This document shows positions 46,971 to 54,116 of a stretch of DNA of 54,116 nt, one piece after another. The translations under genes were made by a program, and so were the position numbers. Source of the stretch: Chromera velia (lineage: Eukaryota). Each line of letters starts with the position of its first letter. The stretch's first letter is position 1. The notes beneath the pieces are model-generated. The model made no database searches, was not told the origin of the DNA, and was given only the letters and a program-made list of their open reading frames with translations. The stretch is from NCBI GenBank assembly GCA_018398765.1, contig JAHBMJ010000205.1:1-54116 (forward strand), written 5' to 3'.

Positions 46971-47499
46971 TATTATAATAGCTTCAATGAGAGCCACTGT
47001 AAGCTAGACTGTAAGCCATTTGATTTTTCTTTTTGTGTATATGTGAATATTGGACACACTGTATTATGAAATAAAACTTTTTGCTTAGCTTTTTGCAGTT
47101 TAAAAACTATCCATGAAACTATATCAAATCTAAAAACAATAACAAATAGTATAGGTATTTTCCGAGCGGACTGAGCTTCTAACAAGTTATTTTTCTTATT
47201 CATTCTATCGTTTTTATCTACTCTGGCTGCAAAGAAACCATTTGCTTACAAAAACTTCTGGTATATATATTAGTACTTCCCTGACACTCACTACTACTTA
47301 ACATATGTACTAAGTTTAAGTATATGTACCAACACTTACATCTACTTATATATTGTATCAAATTTTTACTAATTTCTAAAAAATTTAAAAAAAAAATCTA
47401 CAACAGGTTCTAAAAAAAATTCCTAGGAAAATTTTTCTTTCATTATCTTTCATTGAATTGATTCGGATCTCAAATTAAACTAAGTCATTCACCTATATG

Positions 47500-47558
47500 C
47501 ATAGATATAAACACAGACACAGACACATCCAGACATACTCAGAAATACCTAGACACAC

Positions 47559-47593
<35 letters not shown>

Positions 47594-47662
47594 CACACAC
47601 ACATACACATATACATACACACACGTACACACACACACACACACACATACACACACACACAT

Positions 47663-47709
<47 letters not shown>

Positions 47710-47838
47710 AACACACACATACACATACACACACACACACATACACACACACACATACACACACACACATACACACACACACACATATACACACATACAT
47801 ACACACACACATACACACATACATACACACACACACAC

Positions 47839-47873
<35 letters not shown>
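47500..47873. repeat. Compound (CAGA)n/(CA)n/(GA)n microsatellite
   Basis: Visible; it accounts for the spurious HT/CV-repeat ORFs. Confidence 0.97.
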
Positions 47874-47877
<4 letters not shown>

Positions 47878-48003
47878 CTCATAGGTAAGATTCACTTTTC
47901 TGCAGCATCTTGTACATCTTTATGTTCGTTTTCATTGTGTCTCTATCGATCTTCATTTGCCGTCTGAGTCGAATTTTCTCTTTTATTCCGTGTCTCTCAA
48001 GGA

Positions 48004-48262
48004 GTGAAACCTCGATCCAACTTACCTAAGTTCTGCGTAATAGTAATACTCTCAATCCGAAAGCAAAGCAATGAATCCAATCTCGCATGCTATCTAAAGT
48101 ACGATATGCACAGAAATGATAAAACGATACGTCCGTGCAATACTTGCTCGACACGGCGATTATGCGCTGTATGCGCGCAACACATGTACGTGATATAATT
48201 AAGCCCGGCCAAGCCTGCGGCCCAATGCGTGGCACGGTACCCCGATGGCTACCTGTACTTCA
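48004..48262 (+). repeat. Dispersed ~240-bp repeat, copy A
   Basis: gaaagcaaagcaatgaatccaatct...aagcccggccaagcc.gcggcccaatgcg.ggcacggta.ccc.ga.ggctacctgtacttcaa, shared with 50249-50472. Confidence 0.85.
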
Positions 48263-50248
48263 ACTCCCCCCCTCGATCGTGTTGCCGAAGCAAAAGCAAA
48301 ACATTGCAGAAAAAATATGCAAGGCAACGCAAGCGATACAACTCAGGACAAATTTTAGTCTAGCAAAGACAACAATAAAAATGAAAACAGCCGCATGCTT
48401 TAATAGTGAGCTACAATGAAAAGAACGATTGCATGCTCTACCGATTGAGGTAGGAAGTCAAAAAGTCTTGTCAAAAGCAAAGACTTCCTGTATGTAACAG
48501 TTACGTCATCAATCCAATCTGTTTTGATCTCCCTCCCATTCTGCCCTCTTTTGGAAAAGAAAACCATAAGTTTGTACTACAAATCAATTCAGTCTGAAAA
48601 GGAAACAGACTTGTGGAATCAATCAAAATATGATGACCTCCTAAATGCAGATGAAAAAATCTAGATTGATAAATGAATGAATAAATCAATGAATGAACAA
48701 ATGAAAATAACTTGTATTGAATGAGATGAATCAGTCAGAGTATGGAAGTGATAACAGATAACTTACGTACATCACCTACTTTCCTTTTGCAGAATTAAAG
48801 CAAACTAAAATTTAAATTGGTCGACAAAAAAAAAAAGAAAGTTGAATGTCATTGAACGTCTTTTCTTCCTACTTTTCTTCTCAATCTTTGTCATGCTACG
48901 CTTTCTTCTTTTCTTCCTTTGTCTATCTTTTGCTATCAACATGCATATATGAGAAGAAAACCTTTTATAAAAAGAAAAGAAGTGAAACAACCATCGAAAG
49001 GTGAAAGGACACTGTTCAGCTAGAACAAAGAGCAATCCAAGAAAAGAAAACGAATCACAAATCGGACAGTCGAGCCAAACACGTCACACAGACTGCACAT
49101 CTTTGAAAAGAAAATAAGATGCAGTGAATTCTATGTGGTGAATCCAGAAGAAAAACAGAATTGCTGAATGAAAGCAAAAACGAATGTCATTGATGCACTT
49201 TCATTTCTATCTTTCCGTTCCGGTTCCTTCTATATGATGTGTCCTCTCTCTCTTCCCCATCTCCCCCCCCCTCTCTCTTCAATCCGCCCTATTCCCTCAC
49301 GTTCCTGTGATTCCTTCTCAATCTACTGCTCAGGTTGACTTATTTGAAAAGAGAAGAGAAAAGCAAGAACTGCAAAGAGAAGGAGGAGAGAGAGAGAAAG
49401 AGAGAGCGATAAACGGTGGAACAAAGAGAAAACGTAAAAGAAAGCAATTTTGCTGTATGTGAAAAAGAAACTTTTACTAAGCACGTTTAGACAATGCAAA
49501 AAGAATAAAAAAGAGAAAAGAAAACCTTTTCAATTATTAAATCATTTCGTTCTTTTCTTTCCTTCTAGCCCTCTTTCTTCAGCACCCCCGCTCCACTCCC
49601 CATTCTTTTCTCATTTGATTAGTCAAACGATGATCAAAAAAGAGAAAAGACAAGAAGAAGAGCATGAGAGAGCAAAGAAAGAAAGAGCGAGAGACGCAAA
49701 AAAAAAAAAGAAAAAGAGAAAAGAAATCAAACAAAAAGAAGAGTAAGACTCTAAATGAAAAGTAATGAGAGAACGAAACATTAGTTACTCAAAAATGCAG
49801 TCATCTTCCGCTACCGCCGCAACAAGTTACACAAAGACTAGATGCTCAGACTCATACAGTACAAAAAGAAAAACAGTCTGAGAAGAGAGGTCTCAAAAAT
49901 GAATGAAAAGAAAATAATTGGACGTTTACATACATCAATGTTTATCTTCTTGTTCTCCTGTGTTGGGAAAGCGGATTCAAGCGGAATTCTTTTCTTTCCT
50001 TCTTTTTATGCAGGGATCTGCTACTCTATCATCCCAGTCTTTACATGCATTCACCCCCCCCCGGCCATCCGTTGCTGACAAGGTAGAAAAGGGATATTCC
50101 CAAATCGACTGATTTGGATCTAAGGATGGGTGCAGAAGCTTAAGGCACTTGAAGTCCCCACAAAACCTATATAGAAGTCATCGAGTCCATCCGTTCACAA
50201 AACCGAGAAAACACAACCAGGTACAGCATACAGGGCAAGCACACCGCT

Positions 50249-50472
50249 CTGAAACCCCGAGAAGTCTGTAAAAGTAATAGTAATATAATCAATCTGAAAG
50301 CAAAGCAATGAATCCAATCTTGTATGCTATCCAAAGCACAATATGCACAGAAATGACAAAACAATACGTCGATTATTCGCTGCATGCGTGCAATACGCGT
50401 ATGTGATACAAGCCCGGCCAAGCCCGCGGCCCAATGCGCGGCACGGTATCCCGACGGCTACCTGTACTTCAA
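50249..50472 (+). repeat. Dispersed ~240-bp repeat, copy B
   Basis: Colinear with 48004-48262 apart from an internal deletion; same sharp right end ctgtacttcaa. Confidence 0.85.
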
Positions 50473-51544
50473 GTTTTTTCTTTTCATTTCTGTTATATTC
50501 TTTGTTATTATTTTTTGTTTTCTCTTTTTCTTTTTTTTTTGTTTTAAACAATATTTTCATGTGAAAATGGGACCAGACTGACTCCAACACTAATTCCGAC
50601 TCCAAATTTGTTTTAAATATACAAACAATTTAAACTAGTTTAAACATATTCAACATCGTTTAAGTGTATCTTTAGCAATTTTTTTGTTGTTTTTAAAGGT
50701 TTTAAATTAGAGTCCGGAGTGTATGAGAGTGAAGGTTGGAAGTGTTGTAGCACAGTGGTAGGCCAGGCTGGCGGGTCTGCGTGTATACCACGCGTGGCAT
50801 GCAGCGCCGCGCCGTACATACATGCGTTTGTGCCGCGGCCTGCTAGGCGGCCTGCCCCAACCGGCCCGTGCAGGCTGCCACGCTTGACTGACGCACGCAT
50901 CCCAATCCGAATATTCGGCTGTACGGTAGAAATCTGATTATATGCTTTTGCAGGCCGAGGCATCTATCAGAGAGCAAGGAAGAAATTAAAAGATCCCGCT
51001 TCATTCCCTTCAGTTATAGCTCTACGTTGCTATACAGATTTTCTGTAGAGTGCACTTGTTGTAGGCCTGTCGCTGGGGATCGTGTGCCGGTGCTGTAGTG
51101 TGGCTACACTTTTGAGGTGGGCTGAGCTTTGCCATCTCCTTTTAAACAACACTTTGTATGGGCAAGGGGTTTTAATTGTTATGTCAGAAAGACCTGCGTT
51201 GATGCATCTGTTTACCCTTTTTCCTTCCTCTTCATACGGTATGGATGCAGGAGTTTGGAGCTCTTGCTTGCCTCTGGTGTGCAGAAGGAGTTAAATTCGT
51301 CTCGTCTCTTTGGTCAGTTGGGGGTTGGGCGTCTTTGGATACAACACGGCTTCAGTCGGTCAACTCATGTCAAGGAATGATCCACGTGGGTTCCTCTATT
51401 CACCCATCCTTCTTTTTATTCTGGCTGTGTAGATACAGGGTTTGGTGCTCCCTTGTGCCCTTCGTATGGAAGGAAAGTTGCTTTCGTGTCGTCTCTCTGG
51501 TCAGTTTGCGATTGCGAGTTTCTGTGTGCAAGGGCGGCAAGAAG

Positions 51545-52040
51545 TTACATTCTGTCAGAGAGATGCCCATCCTTCTTTTTCTTTCTTGCCCTCATTCTAT
51601 TTATACTGTCTGTCTGGATGCAGGCTTTAAGGCTTCCTTGTGTGTGTGTTGGGGAGCTGGAGCTCTTTGTGCTGGGATTTTTGGTGAGTCTGGCCGCAAG
51701 CGTCTCTTTATATCACGCTGGGCAAGCGGTTACGTTCTGTCAGACAGATGCCCACTCCTTTTTTTCTTTCTTGCCCTCATTCTATTCACACTGTCTGTCT
51801 GGATGCAGGCTTTAACTTAAAGGCTTCTTCGTGTATGTGTTGGGAAGCTGGAGCTCTTTGTGCTAGGATTTTTGGTGAGTCTAGCCGTAAATGTCTCTTT
51901 GTGTTACGCTGGGCAAGCCGTTGCGTTCTGTCAGAGAGATGCCCACTCCTCTTTTTCTTTTTTACCCTCATTTTATTCATACTGTCTGTCTGGATGCAGG
52001 CTTTAAAGCTTCCTCGTGTATGCGTTGGGAAGTTGAAGCT
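51545..52040. repeat. ~185-190-bp tandem repeat, ~2.7 copies
   Basis: ttctgtcaga.agatgccca...actgtctgtctggatgcaggctttaa at ~51550, ~51735, ~51926. Confidence 0.9.
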
Positions 52041-52084
52041 TAGTTGGCTGCCTCTTTTATTTCTTTGGTCAGTCGCTTTAAATT

Positions 52085-53180
52085 AGGGGCTTAGAGGAGT
52101 GAGCTGCAGGGTGGGGTTGCACGGCAATGCCACCAAGGGACATGTGATGGCTTGGGGCGAGGTGTGAGAGAGGCATGTATGGAAAGCAATAGAGAGAGAG
52201 GACGGCTGAGCGCCAGAAGGGATAGAGAGGGAGCTCCACGTGCTGCTGGGGGATCGACGGGTAGAGAGGACAGTCTGGGTTCGTGTTGGGCCAGGGCTGG
52301 CCATCACTATGGCCGGACCAGGACAAGCCGGGCCGGGATCCGGCCCAAGGTCCGGACCGGGCGTCACAAAGCGGTTGTCAGACCCAAAAAGGCTGCAGAG
52401 GGAGTAGCAGGAAGTTATGTGGACAAGAGAGACGGAGCTCCGTGCTTGTGAAAGGGTGTTAGTCCCGAGGAGGAGGGGCGTGTGCACTCAGAAGGGGTCC
52501 AGGTGGGGCCGGCCGGGACAGGTCATGCCGAGTAGGGGGTGAACCCCGGGCTAAAAGCGTCATACACATGGAGAAGAGGCCCGGAACGACGCAACGGACG
52601 CTGGCTAGAGCGAACGGAGAGGCAAAAAGCCCTATAAAGTGGACTGCCTTGCGTCCTAGAGGGTACCGGTGGCGGCTGTACCGCTCCTTCTGCCTCATCT
52701 CTTCTTTTTTTTTGCATCAGCCGTACTACAAGGGCCCCTCTGACCTCGTTCCGCCTTAAGGTACATTTCAAGGCTGAAGTGTACCTTAAGGTGGGGGTCA
52801 GAACACCTTCCCTGACTGTTTTGGGTCACGGACCTCGAGTTGGGTCGGACAACCCCCCCCCCCTAAGGTTCAGAAGTCCGCACTTCTGAACTTTGGGCAA
52901 GGGGGGTCAAACCCCCCCGCCGCCAGGTCCAGACATGGGCTTATCGTGGGTCTGGAAGGCGCCGCTACAGGGCCAGAGGGGGTGGTAGCCGACGTTGTCT
53001 CTGTCGGCCAATAATCGGGTCTGAAGTCTTTTGTCCGTCTTGAAGGTCCACAGGTTCAAAACTGCGGAGTCCTGAACCTCTAAGCAAACAGACTTTTCCC
53101 ACAGAAATGTTGCCATAAAAAGCGCTCTGTCAGATGTTTTCTGATAGTTTTAAAAGATATCTGACAGAGCGCTTTCTCGG
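52085..53180. mobile_element. Possible LTR remnants (two divergent LTR-like starts) with hairpins
   Basis: Minus-strand TGTGACGCCC start at 52368 and plus-strand TGTCAGACCC start at 52376; GC-rich non-coding sequence with a tataaa. No partner LTR, PBS or TSD found. Confidence 0.3.
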
Positions 53181-53470
53181 TTTTGACTTTTTTTTCGGGA
53201 GTGCACTTTCGGGGCTCTAGAGGAGATGGGTGTTGCTCGCTCACCTCAGGTCGGCACGAAGTGGAGCTTGGAGGTGGGTCCAGTGGACACCAGCCGTCTT
53301 AATCTTGTTTCCAACATCTTCCTGCTTACTGCTTCTCCTCCTGTTCAAGCAAAGAAGGGCTGCCAGCCTTATTTAGGTATTAAAGTACTGCTGCTCTCAT
53401 CGCTTTCCTTACTCTTTCCTTGCAGGTCACAGTCTTGGGAGCCCTGGGGTCAACCCCCAGGTCAGCCTGT

Positions 53471-53727
53471 AACTGACTGTACTGACAATTGAAACTTTTG
53501 TACTAGAAAATGACTTTTAATTTTCTATGTATCACACTAAATTTTATATAAAAAGTCTTAGAGCCATATTGAGTAGTGAAAGCAGTCTTTGGAATGTCTT
53601 TCTCCCTCATACGCATTTGATGGTAATACTGACGGACTCCGAGAACTGACTGTACTGACAATTGAAACTTTTATACTAGAAAGTGACTTTTAATTTTCTA
53701 TATATCACACTAAATTTTATATAAAAA
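53471..53727. repeat. ~84-bp direct repeat, period 173 bp
   Basis: aactgactgtactgacaattgaaacttt...atcacactaaattttatataaaaa at 53471 and 53644. Confidence 0.9.
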
Positions 53728-54116
53728 TCTAAGTCTTTAAAGCACATAGAATGATTCTATTTATTGTTTTTTACCTGCATGAAAGTATGAACAACTTTTA
53801 AAGATAAGGTTTAATGGGTTTGTGGTGTGTATGTTGGAAATTGTTGGACGTGAGTGAGGTGAAAGAGTTACAATATGTTGATATGTCGGGGAGTGATTGC
53901 AGACTCTGCAGGCATGTGACAATACGCAGTGTAATACACAAATAAGCTAACTTTTACTTCTAATGGAATACGCCGAATTCACACACTGATGTAAGGAGGG
54001 AGCACACAGCGGGCAACCCCCATGAAAGGTAAGAATGAATGTCCGCAAACAGATCTACCGATTTGACACCCACAGAAAGCAGTTCAACCAAACAAATGTT
54101 GAGCACTATGACCGTG

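Noticed and set aside
47493..47967. His/Thr- and Cys/Val-rich ORFs
   Set aside because: They are translations of (CA)n/(GA)n microsatellite.
51245..52086. Hydrophobic repeated ORFs resembling membrane proteins
   Set aside because: They are products of a T-rich ~188-bp tandem repeat whose units change frame.

Overview
Eukaryotic nuclear DNA. The spliceosomal GT-AG introns rich in (GA)n/(GT)n, the Glu/Gly-rich low-complexity exons and a signal-peptide+SAF leader suggest a chromerid alveolate such as Chromera; this is inference. A small gene island at about 5.7-14.5 kb holds a 4-exon, probably plastid-targeted hypothetical protein and an intron-rich MgtC/SapB-family membrane-protein gene. The rest is mostly decayed transposons. 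These include a decayed minus-strand LINE (0.6-3.3 kb) and two full-length, head-to-head copies of one Ty1/copia family, each with LTRs, an iMet-type PBS and its own 5-bp TSD. Copy 2 lies in a four-level nest: LINE tail < 12.4-kb hAT-like element < copia < two different TIR elements. Further right are a spliced CACTA/Plavaka-type transposase, a CRE-like RLE non-LTR element, and micro/minisatellites. The strongest unexplained signal is mutational: repeats are inactivated almost purely by C:G>T:A transitions, often at CpA/TpG, with few indels, while host exons stay open. This resembles fungal RIP. The two copia copies also share five in-frame TAG codons and an asymmetric TA/CA LTR end.
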